From an uncultured Bdellovibrionales bacterium (GTDB lineage: Bacteria > Patescibacteriota > Minisyncoccia > Moranbacterales > UBA1568), in NCBI GenBank assembly GCA_964500865.1, contig CAZCQJ010000003.1:33812-73328 (forward strand): a stretch of DNA of 39,517 nucleotides. The letters run 5' to 3'. The notes under the pieces are model-generated. The model ran no database searches, was not told the DNA's origin, and saw only the letters and a program-made list of their open reading frames with translations. A program made the translations under genes and the position numbers. Each line of letters starts with the position of its first letter. Position 1 is the stretch's first letter. Below, one piece after another: positions 1-6,628 of this stretch.

Positions 1-1
1 G

Positions 2-157
2 GTCCGCTGGACCAAGGGCAAGCAGCCATCGCCGTGGATGTCCCTGGAACAGTGGCAGGCGCTGCCGGAGACAATGCTCCTGCGGGTGATCCGGGCAGCG
101 TTTCGGGAGACGAAAGGGCGGCTCAAGAGTGCCACGCTCATCACGACGCTTGGCCCG
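2..157 (+). mobile_element. Internal fragment of an IS4-like DDE transposase (no start, no IS terminus), G+C-rich
   Basis: Frame-2 translation VRWTKGKQPSPWMSLEQWQALPETMLLRVIRAAFRETKGRLKSATLITTL resembles the conserved '..P.WM...Y.ALPETL.VR..R......TLVTTL' segment I recall from IS4-family transposases. Bases 1-120 are 80/120 G+C versus 26/60 for 181-240. Similarity stops near 150. Confidence 0.4.
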
Positions 158-433
158 ATAAATAATGTACGACTTAGCCAGTTCAAAACGGTTCGCCTTC
201 ACCAGGTTACGTTCTACAATATCCTGAATATCTTCGACACTCGGTACACGGTGTACAAAAATTTCTGTGTACACGTGTTCAATATCATGCACGATACCGT
301 CTACCAAAGTAGGAATAAATGCCTGGTCTGTTTCGCCCGTAGCATCACATGCCAAACGAATTGCCTCTTCGATGCGGCTGCGGTCAAAAGGAATAAGTTC
401 TCCATCTCTTCGTCGTACTTTATCAATAGCCAT
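150..433 (-). CDS. Ribonucleotide reductase, N-terminal ATP-cone only (truncated at the composition break near 150)
   Basis: ATG at 433-431. Own translation: MAIDKVRRRDGELIPFDRSRIEEAIRLACDATGETDQAFIPTLVDGIVHDIEHVYTEIFVHRVPSVEDIQDIVERNLVKANRFELAKSYIIYRAK, a typical ATP-cone. The frame then runs stop-free into G+C-rich sequence with no protein-like character. Not in the ORF track because it has no stop in the window. Confidence 0.6.
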
Positions 434-445
434 AGTTGTTTTTAT

Positions 446-1018
446 TTATGCGGTAAGTCGGTTTGCTACTACGTCCCAATCAATGTGTTTCAAAAAGTTC
501 TGTATATAGTCGGCGCGCTTGATTCCATAGTCTGTAAGAAACGCGTGTTCGAAGACGTCCATGATGAGCAATATTTTTGTGCCTGCCAAGATGCCCATGT
601 CATGCTCATTTACCCACGTGGTAAAAATCTTTTCAGCACTCTCGTCGTAGGTCATTACCACCCAACCGATCCCCCGCATTGTCCCTGTCCCCACAAACTG
701 TGTCTGCCATTCCGCGAAGCTTTCGTACGTGGCGTTCAGTTTTTCTAAAAGTTCTCCACTTGGCTCGGCCGTCACTTCCTTCGTCATGTTCTCGAAGTAC
801 AGCTCGTGTAGACGCATCCCGTTCCATTCCCAGCCGAAGCGTCTTTTGAGCTCAGCGTATTCTGGAGTGCCCGGCGCCATCGTTTCGAGTTTTTCGATGA
901 GCGTATTCGTATTGTTTACGTACCCCTCGTACAACGTAAAGTGATTATTCAGCAGCGTATCCGAGAAGCCTTCCGTACCGAGGAGCGCACTAAAATCTTT
1001 TTTGGTATATGTTGCCAT
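446..1018 (-). CDS. Fe/Mn superoxide dismutase family protein
   Basis: 190-aa ORF. C-terminal MDVFEHAFLTDYG matches the D-x-W-E-H-A-Y-Y metal-ligand motif region. N-terminal HFTLYEGYVNNTN and LHELYFENM resemble the SOD helical hairpin. Confidence 0.75.
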   Translation of the reverse strand: MATYTKKDFSALLGTEGFSDTLLNNHFTLYEGYVNNTNTLIEKLETMAPGTPEYAELKRRFGWEWNGMRLHELYFENMTKEVTAEPSGELLEKLNATYESFAEWQTQFVGTGTMRGIGWVVMTYDESAEKIFTTWVNEHDMGILAGTKILLIMDVFEHAFLTDYGIKRADYIQNFLKHIDWDVVANRLTA

Positions 1019-1328
1019 AATTTTTTGTTTACGAGTTTACTCTTGCTTTCATTTGGGTTTCCGCAGGTCGCATAGCGCAGCACTGGCTAATGGAGTTAAA
1101 AAAAGACGACCAGAACTGTGCTCGGGGCGTTCTTCTTTTGTCTCAAAGATCCGTATCAAAGCTTTTACATCATACAAACATTCAGGTGGCGTGACAATGC
1201 GTCAAGTTTTTGAAAAAAGAAACGCTTGTTCCCCCGAAATCCGGTATATTTATCGTAAAATATACTATATATAGTACATTTATACTATACCGTAATACAA
1301 GAGTACTTTCTAGGCCATCGCGAGGCCA

Positions 1329-1357
1329 TTGACTTTTTTTGCAAAGTTCGGTATAGT
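1329..1357 (+). promoter_or_regulatory. Sigma70-like promoter TTGACT-17-TATAGT
   Basis: TTGACT at 1329-1334, 17-nt spacer, TATAGT at 1352-1357. The ATG at 1365 lies 7 nt after the -10, implying a leaderless or near-leaderless mRNA. The ORF-track TTG start at 1329 is this -35 box. Confidence 0.5.
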
Positions 1358-1364
1358 TTCCTTT

Positions 1365-2354
1365 ATGATAACTTCACCCCTCAACTACAAAATTCCTTTC
1401 GCGCTCGACGGTAAGCGCCTCGATATTGCTGCCCGCAAAATCATTGAGGCAGAACTTGGCCCGGTGAAGCGCGAGTTCATTCAGGCCGCCTTTGCTGCTG
1501 GCACGCTTTTGTATGCCGGCGCCCCTGCCGAGGCCAGTCACCGTGTGGAACGCAGTAAAAAACTGACCCTCACCCCGGACTTCTTAAACTCCCTCCACGC
1601 CGACCAAACCGAGCGTACCGTACCAGAAGGTCCAGAGCCAACTGTTATCTCTGAGCACGAAGACTTTATCGTCCTCAATAAGCCGAGTGGCTGGCTCACG
1701 CACCCTGTGGCGAACTCAACCCGCGAAGTAACCCTTTTGGACTGGGCCCGCACTCATTTTGCCACCGAGGAGCTTTTCTTAGTGCACCGCCTCGACCGTA
1801 ACACCTCTGGCGTCATCCTTTTGGCCAAGAGCACTGATACCGAAGAAGCCCTGCGAGACCTTTTCCAGGCCCGCGACATCCACAAAACCTACGTGGCCCT
1901 CGTCGAAGGGAACCTAGCCGAAGAATCTGGCATCGTAAATGCCCCTCTCCGCCGTAAAAAAGGCTCATTTAAGCGTATTTCTGGTACCACTAAGTGGAAG
2001 GAAGGCGACGGAGCCCTCCGCGAAGCCGAGACCGCCTACCGTGTCATTGGCCGCTTCCCTGGCCACGATATCCTTTTATTAGAGCCAAAAACCGGAAGAA
2101 CCCACCAAATCCGCTCTCACATGAAGTACCTCGGACACCCTATCGTGGGCGATGTTCTCTATGGCAGCAAAGCAGCCTCTTTGGGCCGCCAGTTTCTCCA
2201 TGCTAAAAATATCGCTTTTCTCTACTCTGGAAAAAAGTACAGCTTTGCTGCTCCTCTGCCAGAAACCCTGGCCCTGTACCTCAAAACCCTTGACGGAGTT
2301 TCATTTCTTCGCTATGATGATGAAGCCTTACAGAGCCTCGCAGTAGCGCTATAA
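1365..2354 (+). CDS. RluA-family (RluD-like) 23S rRNA pseudouridine synthase
   Basis: HRLDRNTSGVILLAKS catalytic-Asp motif, TGRTHQIRSH motif, S4-like N-terminus. Start moved to ATG 1365. Confidence 0.85.
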   Translation: MITSPLNYKIPFALDGKRLDIAARKIIEAELGPVKREFIQAAFAAGTLLYAGAPAEASHRVERSKKLTLTPDFLNSLHADQTERTVPEGPEPTVISEHEDFIVLNKPSGWLTHPVANSTREVTLLDWARTHFATEELFLVHRLDRNTSGVILLAKSTDTEEALRDLFQARDIHKTYVALVEGNLAEESGIVNAPLRRKKGSFKRISGTTKWKEGDGALREAETAYRVIGRFPGHDILLLEPKTGRTHQIRSHMKYLGHPIVGDVLYGSKAASLGRQFLHAKNIAFLYSGKKYSFAAPLPETLALYLKTLDGVSFLRYDDEALQSLAVAL

Positions 2355-2386
2355 GAGGCTCATTTTTTGTTTACATTAAGACGGCT

Positions 2387-2884
2387 ATGAATCAGAAACT
2401 TATCGCTTTTAATAAAACGCAGCAGAAGGATATGAATATCCCAGAACTGCGCGCAGGAGACGTTATCAAGGTATACCGTCGTATTAAAGAAGGAGCAAAG
2501 CAGCGTACCCAGATGTTTCAGGGTATGGTAATCGCCATCAACGGCAAGCAGAGCTCATCTCCTTCTATGACTATCCGTAAGGTATCTTCTGGAGTAGGCG
2601 TAGAACTTATTTTGCCTTTGTACAGCCCACAGATCGAAAAGATTGAATTTGTGAAGCGTACTCGTGCTCGTCGCAGCAAGTTGTACTTCGTTCGTGACAA
2701 GTCTGTGAAGGTCCTCAGCAAGAAGCTTAAGGAAATTCCTTTGGCAGCCAGCGTTATGGCTCTTTTGTCAGCCAAGAAGGCCGAGAAAGACGCTGCAGAA
2801 CAGGCCGCCGCAGAAGCAGAGGCTACAGCAACCGAAGAAGTAGCCGAAGTTGCTACAGAAGAAGTTACCGAAACGGCCGCCTAA
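2387..2884 (+). CDS. rplS: 50S ribosomal protein L19 with Ala/Glu-rich C-terminal tail
   Basis: RAGDVIKVYRRIKEG..RTQMFQGMVIA..IRK.SSGVGVE..PLYSP.IEKIEF..R..ARRSKLYF.R is canonical L19. The tail is AEKDAAEQAAAEAEATATEEVAEVATEEVTETAA. Confidence 0.95.
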   Translation: MNQKLIAFNKTQQKDMNIPELRAGDVIKVYRRIKEGAKQRTQMFQGMVIAINGKQSSSPSMTIRKVSSGVGVELILPLYSPQIEKIEFVKRTRARRSKLYFVRDKSVKVLSKKLKEIPLAASVMALLSAKKAEKDAAEQAAAEAEATATEEVAEVATEEVTETAA

Positions 2885-2903
2885 GGCCCTTTCGGTTTCT
2901 TTT
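2867..2903 (+). terminator. Rho-independent terminator of rplS
   Basis: ACCGAAA-c-GGCC / GGCC-c-TTTCGGT hairpin (2867-2896) with the stop codon in the loop, followed by TTCTTTT. Confidence 0.6.
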
Positions 2904-2954
2904 AACGCTTAGAAGAGCTATATTGCCTTCTCTCACGTTCTGTTGTAATTTTAG

Positions 2955-3148
2955 ATATATGCCCAGGTGGTGCAAAGTGACAGATAGCGGTAGACATGCC
3001 GCCTTGCGGTAGAGTATGCTGATTAAAGTCAGAGGAAAGATTAACAATATATGCCCAGGTGGTGCAAAAAACTCTTAGCGGTAGACACACGTGTCTCGCA
3101 ACGATATAATGAGATAACCTTGGTAGGTATAGGTGATTAACAATATAT
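2955..3148 (+). repeat. Two degenerate tandem copies (period 92 and 96 nt) of the tRNA-Leu(GAG) 5' part plus its upstream ATATAT leader
   Basis: GCCCAGGTGGTG occurs at 2961, 3053 and 3149. All three are preceded by (a)tatat and contain GGTAGACA. Only the third copy folds as a tRNA. Confidence 0.8.
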
Positions 3149-3232
3149 GCCCAGGTGGTGGAACTGGTAGACACGCAGCCTTGAGGTGGCTGTGCGGTAA
3201 AACGCGTGGAGGTTCAAGTCCTCTCTTGGGCA
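3149..3232 (+). tRNA. tRNA-Leu(GAG)
   Basis: Hand fold: acceptor GCCCAGG/CTTGGGC, anticodon stem CAGCC/GGCTG, loop TTGAGGT, long variable arm, T-arm GGAGG-TTCAAGT-CCTCT, discriminator A. Confidence 0.9.
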
Positions 3233-3294
3233 CAATGCAGAAAAGAAAAACTGTGGTATACTATTTTCTGCAACGGATAGATGATTAAAAATAT

Positions 3295-3368
3295 GCACGC
3301 TTAGCTCAGTTGGTTAGAGCACCTCGTTTACACCGAGGGGGTCCAAGGTTCGAGTCCTTGAGCGTGCA
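3295..3368 (+). tRNA. tRNA-Val(UAC)
   Basis: Acceptor GCACGCT/AGCGTGC, anticodon stem CCTCG/CGAGG, loop TTTACAC, T-loop TTCGAGT. Confidence 0.9.
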
Positions 3369-3418
3369 CAGATGTGTATAAGTGGGGTTTATACAAGAAT
3401 AGACACATCGGAGTGCCG

Positions 3419-3731
3419 GCCGAGGTAGCTCAGTGGTAGAGCAGAGGACTGAATTTCGGTCCCTCTCATAGTGATATGGGATGAGAAAAATCGGGTGAAT
3501 TCGGGGAAACCTACGTTCAGATATTCTGAATATGGCAATCTCGAGCCAACTCCTAAAGGGCAATATGGTTTTAGGAAAGGTGTAGAGACTAGTAAGTGAG
3601 TCCCAACAATACTCTTACAAAAGCGCCCGACTTCTTAGTAAAGAAGATGAGATAGTCCAATCCTTGGGGAAACTCAAGTAAGTGCGTAAAGGAAAATCCT
3701 TGTGTCGGCAGTTCGATCCTGCCCCTCGGCA
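3419..3731 (+). tRNA. tRNA-Phe(GAA) interrupted by a 241-nt group I intron in the anticodon loop (exons 3419-3450 and 3692-3731)
   Basis: The joined exons GCCGAGGTAGCTCAGTGGTAGAGCAGAGGACT + GAAAATCCTTGTGTCGGCAGTTCGATCCTGCCCCTCGGCA give a perfect cloverleaf close to E. coli tRNA-Phe: acceptor GCCGAGG/CCTCGGC, loop CTGAAAA. Confidence 0.9.
3451..3691 (+). ncRNA. Group I (IC3-like) self-splicing intron, no internal ORF
   Basis: The 5' exon ends in U, and GGACU pairs with the internal guide GGUCC (3458-3462), giving the U-G wobble of P1. The intron ends in G (3691). Core strings AAUUCGGGGAAACCUA, UAUGGCAAUCUCGAGCCAA and AAGGUGUAGAGACUAG match the Azoarcus/cyanobacterial tRNA-intron core as I recall it. 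Confidence 0.85.
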
Positions 3732-3777
3732 CAATAATGAACCCATGGTATACTGATAATATCATGGGTTTTGTTTT

Positions 3778-4470
3778 ATGAATAAAAAAGAGCAGGCAGT
3801 TAAACTTAGACAATTTGGGCTCAGCTATTCTCAGATTCAAAGCGAATTAGGTATTTCAAAAAGCACCCTCAGTCTTTGGCTAAAAACAATAGCCCTTTCT
3901 GATGAAGCCCAAGAAAAAATCAACAAGCGCGTCAATAATACTTCTCGAAAAGCTTTGATTCTCCGCAATAAAGCTCGATCGAGTGTTGTCATGAAAGAGC
4001 ATGGTGTTATTAGAAAAGAAGCTGCCAAAGAGTTCGTTCTTTATTTTCAAGATCCACTCTTTATTGCTGGAATATCCCTCTACTGGGCCGAAGGTTACAA
4101 AAAGGGTGCTTCTGGGAGTCGTTGGAAAAGTATAGATCTTGCCAATTCTGATCCTCAAATGATTCTCTTCATGGTTCATTTCTTTAAAAAGTACTTGGGT
4201 GTATCTTTGGAAAAAATGAAGATCCAAATTATTGCTCATGACAACATAGACATAGATGCATCTGTTAGGTATTGGTCTCAACTCACCGGGATACCATCGG
4301 CACAATTCATAAAAACCTCTGTTCTTAATAGAGAAAGGACTTCAAAAAACCCACGAAAACATTCCTTGACTCATGGCACTATTCACGTTAGGATAAACGA
4401 TGTCAAGCTCTTTTTTCGTCTTATTGGCTGGCTCGATGGATTACAAGATTTCTTAAAAAAGAGCGTTTAA
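3778..4470 (+). CDS. HTH-domain protein with LAGLIDADG-like core (possible free-standing homing endonuclease)
   Basis: The N-terminus LRQFGLSYSQIQSELGISKSTLSLWLK is a resolvase/sigma-r4-type HTH. The middle segment FIAGISLYWAEGYK resembles a LAGLIDADG motif followed by an alpha/beta core. The gene starts 47 nt after the intron-containing tRNA. Confidence 0.4.
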   Translation: MNKKEQAVKLRQFGLSYSQIQSELGISKSTLSLWLKTIALSDEAQEKINKRVNNTSRKALILRNKARSSVVMKEHGVIRKEAAKEFVLYFQDPLFIAGISLYWAEGYKKGASGSRWKSIDLANSDPQMILFMVHFFKKYLGVSLEKMKIQIIAHDNIDIDASVRYWSQLTGIPSAQFIKTSVLNRERTSKNPRKHSLTHGTIHVRINDVKLFFRLIGWLDGLQDFLKKSV

Positions 4471-4474
4471 AATC

Positions 4475-4547
4475 GGGACTGTAGCTCAGGGGTTAGAGCG
4501 CGCGGCTCATAACCGCTTGGTCGTTGGTTCGATTCCAACCAGTCCCA
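4475..4547 (+). tRNA. tRNA(CAU): elongator Met or Ile2 (lysidine); not initiator
   Basis: Acceptor GGGACTG/CAGTCCC with a paired 1-72, loop CTCATAA, T-arm GTTGG-TTCGATT-CCAAC. No GGG/CCC at the base of the anticodon stem. Confidence 0.85.
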
Positions 4548-4585
4548 CAAAGGACCCCTAAGAATGAATATTTATTGTGGTCTTA

Positions 4586-4614
4586 TTGACTTAGGTAAGC
4601 CTGTTTGCTAAACT
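4586..4614 (+). promoter_or_regulatory. Sigma70-like promoter TTGACT-17-TAAACT for tRNA-Gly
   Basis: TTGACT at 4586-4591, 17-nt spacer, TAAACT at 4609-4614. The tRNA starts at 4628. Confidence 0.45.
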
Positions 4615-4627
4615 ATTTTAGTAATTA

Positions 4628-4702
4628 GCGAGTATCGTATAATGGTTATTACACGTCCTTGCCAAGGATGAGATAGGGGTTCGATTCCCCTTACCCGCTC
4701 CA
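4628..4702 (+). tRNA. tRNA-Gly(GCC), CCA encoded
   Basis: Loop TTGCCAA, T-arm AGGGG-TTCGATT-CCCCT, 3' end ...CCCGCTCCA. One A-C mismatch in the acceptor stem. Confidence 0.8.
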
Positions 4703-4801
4703 AGTCAACATAAAGGAAGGCCCCTAGAGGGTCTTTTTTGATACTCTAAAAAAGTAATGCCTCCTGTGATACACTATCAGCAGAAGTGAGCATCTCATAC
4801 T

Positions 4802-4954
4802 ATGAAGGTTGCTATTGTTGGGACAGGATTTCTTGGAGAACAAATCTACATCGATATTAAGGATCGCTGCGAGGAAGTCTTACTCACTCATAGCAGCAAT
4901 CCTAAATATCCCCATTCCAAAACTCACATTAAATTACTGATAATCTCTATTTAA
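4802..4954 (+). pseudogene. 50-codon remnant of a Rossmann-fold (NAD-dependent epimerase/reductase-like) gene
   Basis: Own translation MKVAIVGTGFLGEQIYIDIKDRCEEVLLTHSSNPKYPHSKTHIKLLIISI*. It carries only the G-x-G-x-x-G beta-alpha-beta start. Confidence 0.3.
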
Positions 4955-4958
4955 CTAT

Positions 4959-5591
4959 ATGGAAGACAAAAAGTCTCAACTTACTCATCAGTACAATGAA
5001 ACTATTGAAGCCTATCGTTTCATGGGAAGAAAGTATCTTGATAATATTGCACTACTAACACCGGGCCACTTTTATGAATTTATTAACTATCTACCAAAAG
5101 GAGGATCTGTTTTAGAGATTGGCTGCGCGGGCGGTCGGGATGCAAGAAAACTAGCTGATGCAGGCTTTCTTGTAACTGGCGTCGACACTGTTGACATATT
5201 TATTGATGAAGCAAAGAAACTTGTCCCTGAAGGAGAGTTCCAGGTCAAAAGTGTACTCGAGTTAAATTACACAGAGCAATTTGATGGGGTGTATGCAATG
5301 GCGGTGTTACTCCACCTAACAAAAGAGGATGTTCCGAAAGCAATCAGTGTCCTACATAGAGCACTAAAGCCCCATGGGAAAATATTTATAGCCGTAAAAC
5401 AAGGTACTGGTACCGCCTACGTCACCGACAAGCTCTCTGATCAGAAACGACTATTTACGTACTTTTCTGAACAAGAAATTGATGAACTTTTAAACAATCA
5501 TGGGTTTCATACTATAGGAAAGTGGGTGGTACCGGACGATGCCGGACGAGAAGATACCATATGGATCCGAATTATTGCTGAAAAAGTTTAA
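4959..5591 (+). CDS. Class I SAM-dependent methyltransferase
   Basis: Motif I VLEIGCAGGRDARKLA, acidic loop TGVD, motif post-II GVYAMAVLLHL. Confidence 0.85.
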   Translation: MEDKKSQLTHQYNETIEAYRFMGRKYLDNIALLTPGHFYEFINYLPKGGSVLEIGCAGGRDARKLADAGFLVTGVDTVDIFIDEAKKLVPEGEFQVKSVLELNYTEQFDGVYAMAVLLHLTKEDVPKAISVLHRALKPHGKIFIAVKQGTGTAYVTDKLSDQKRLFTYFSEQEIDELLNNHGFHTIGKWVVPDDAGREDTIWIRIIAEKV

Positions 5592-5636
5592 TCTGAGTAC
5601 TAGGAATCTCGCTCCAAGTAGCTCTACTAGATAAAC

Positions 5637-5666
5637 AAAACCGCCCCTCCCAAGGGTCGGTTTTTT
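5637..5666 (+). terminator. Rho-independent terminator
   Basis: AAAACCG-CCC / GGG-t-CGGTTTT hairpin followed by a T-run. Confidence 0.6.
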
Positions 5667-5771
5667 GGCATCTTTTGAAAAATCACTACAAAAAGCACCA
5701 AGATACCCACAAATACCCCCTTCCAAACAACAGTATTTGCTTTATTTAAGCCATAAAGTTCATATTTAATC

Positions 5772-5800
5772 TTGACAGAATCTGAAAATATTGCTATAAT
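5772..5800 (+). promoter_or_regulatory. Consensus sigma70 promoter TTGACA-17-TATAAT
   Basis: TTGACA at 5772-5777, 17-nt spacer, TATAAT at 5795-5800. About 80-nt 5' UTR before the ATG at 5887. Confidence 0.65.
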
Positions 5801-5886
5801 GGTGGGTTAACAATAAGAAGTCTCTACTTCCGTTGTTGACCGATTGTGTCTCTCGGGGCCCAGTCGCTAATCTGTAAACGCACTCT

Positions 5887-6354
5887 ATGCGTTTCAAAAT
5901 TGTAGCGATTATAGCAGTTTTTGTGGGTTATACAGCTTTAACCACAGGAACTGCCGCAGCAAGTACGTTAGACAAGGCTTTGTGGGTACCCGTAGCCAAG
6001 CCGGCTACCACCTATACTGCCCTGAATAACCCCTTGCTTACCGACCAGGCGTCGGTACAGGTAACCAAAACTACTTTTACGGCTAACTTGTCGGCGTATA
6101 CCGCCGCTGCCGATGAATGTGGTAAATCAGATGGTATTACTGCCTCTGGTAAAAAGGTTACTCCCAAGCGTACGTTGGCTTGTCCAAAGAGTTATGCCAT
6201 GGGGACAAAGGTGTATATCGAAGGAATGGGTGAATATACTTGTGAAGACCGTGGTGGAGCCATCAAGGGAAACAAGTTTGACATCTACGTAGCTACCAAA
6301 GCAGAAGCATTTGCTTTTGGTCGTCAGAACCTCTCGGTAACCGTGATTCAATAA
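5887..6354 (+). CDS. Secreted 3D-domain (MltA/YocH-like) cell-wall protein
   Basis: Signal peptide, then SAYTAAADECGKSDGITASGKKV....LACP...MGTKVYIEGMGEYTCEDRGGAIKGNKFDIY, the three conserved Asp region of 3D domains. Confidence 0.8.
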   Translation: MRFKIVAIIAVFVGYTALTTGTAAASTLDKALWVPVAKPATTYTALNNPLLTDQASVQVTKTTFTANLSAYTAAADECGKSDGITASGKKVTPKRTLACPKSYAMGTKVYIEGMGEYTCEDRGGAIKGNKFDIYVATKAEAFAFGRQNLSVTVIQ

Positions 6355-6371
6355 CAAAAGAAAAGAAGGAA

Positions 6372-6400
6372 GCCTCTGGGAAACCAGGGGCTTTTTGTTT
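6372..6400 (+). terminator. Rho-independent terminator
   Basis: GCCTCTGG-GAAA-CCAGGGGC followed by TTTTTGTTT. Confidence 0.65.
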
Positions 6401-6449
6401 GACTCAAGCCCCCCGTTTTGCTAGGCTAGAGAGGCACTTTGAGGATATA

Positions 6450-6520
6450 GGTCCGATGGCCGAGTGGTTAGGCAGAGGTCTGCAAAACCTTGCACAGCAG
6501 TTCGATTCTGCTTCGGACCT
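6450..6520 (+). tRNA. tRNA-Cys(GCA)
   Basis: Acceptor GGTCCGA/TCGGACC, loop CTGCAAA, T-arm AGCAG-TTCGATT-CTGCT, discriminator U. Confidence 0.9.
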
Positions 6521-6537
6521 CATAGTTAGATAAGTGA

Positions 6538-6618
6538 GGGGCGGTGGTGGAATGGTATACACGCGACACTTAAAATGTTGTGCCTTACGGCTTGAGGGTT
6601 CGAGTCCCTCCCGCCCTA
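6538..6618 (+). tRNA. tRNA-Leu(UAA)
   Basis: Acceptor GGGGCGG/CCGCCCT (G1-U72), loop CTTAAAA, long variable arm, T-arm GAGGG-TTCGAGT-CCCTC. Confidence 0.85.
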
Positions 6619-6628
6619 CAAAAAACTT

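Noticed and set aside
38-748. 236-aa plus-strand ORF at the left end
   Set aside because: - It is a composite of three parts with no coherent protein signature.
- The first part is the real transposase-fragment frame (to about 150).
- The second is the antisense of the nrd ATP-cone.
- The third is the antisense of the SOD gene.
3124-3148. TTGGTA-17-ATATAT as the promoter of tRNA-Leu(GAG)
   Set aside because: The putative -10 ends one base before the mature tRNA 5' end, too close for a transcription start upstream of the tRNA. The element is part of the repeated leader instead.
3306-3840. Minus-strand ORFs 3306..3563 and 3589..3840
   Set aside because: They lie antisense over tRNA-Val, the tRNA-Phe exons and the group I intron, all of which are far better supported.
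5801-5886. Riboswitch (for example c-di-AMP/ydaO) in the 5' UTR of the 3D-domain wall protein
   Set aside because: The UTR is only about 80 nt and lacks the pseudo-two-fold ACGGGG/CCCA-type conserved segments. There is no convincing terminator or anti-terminator pair.
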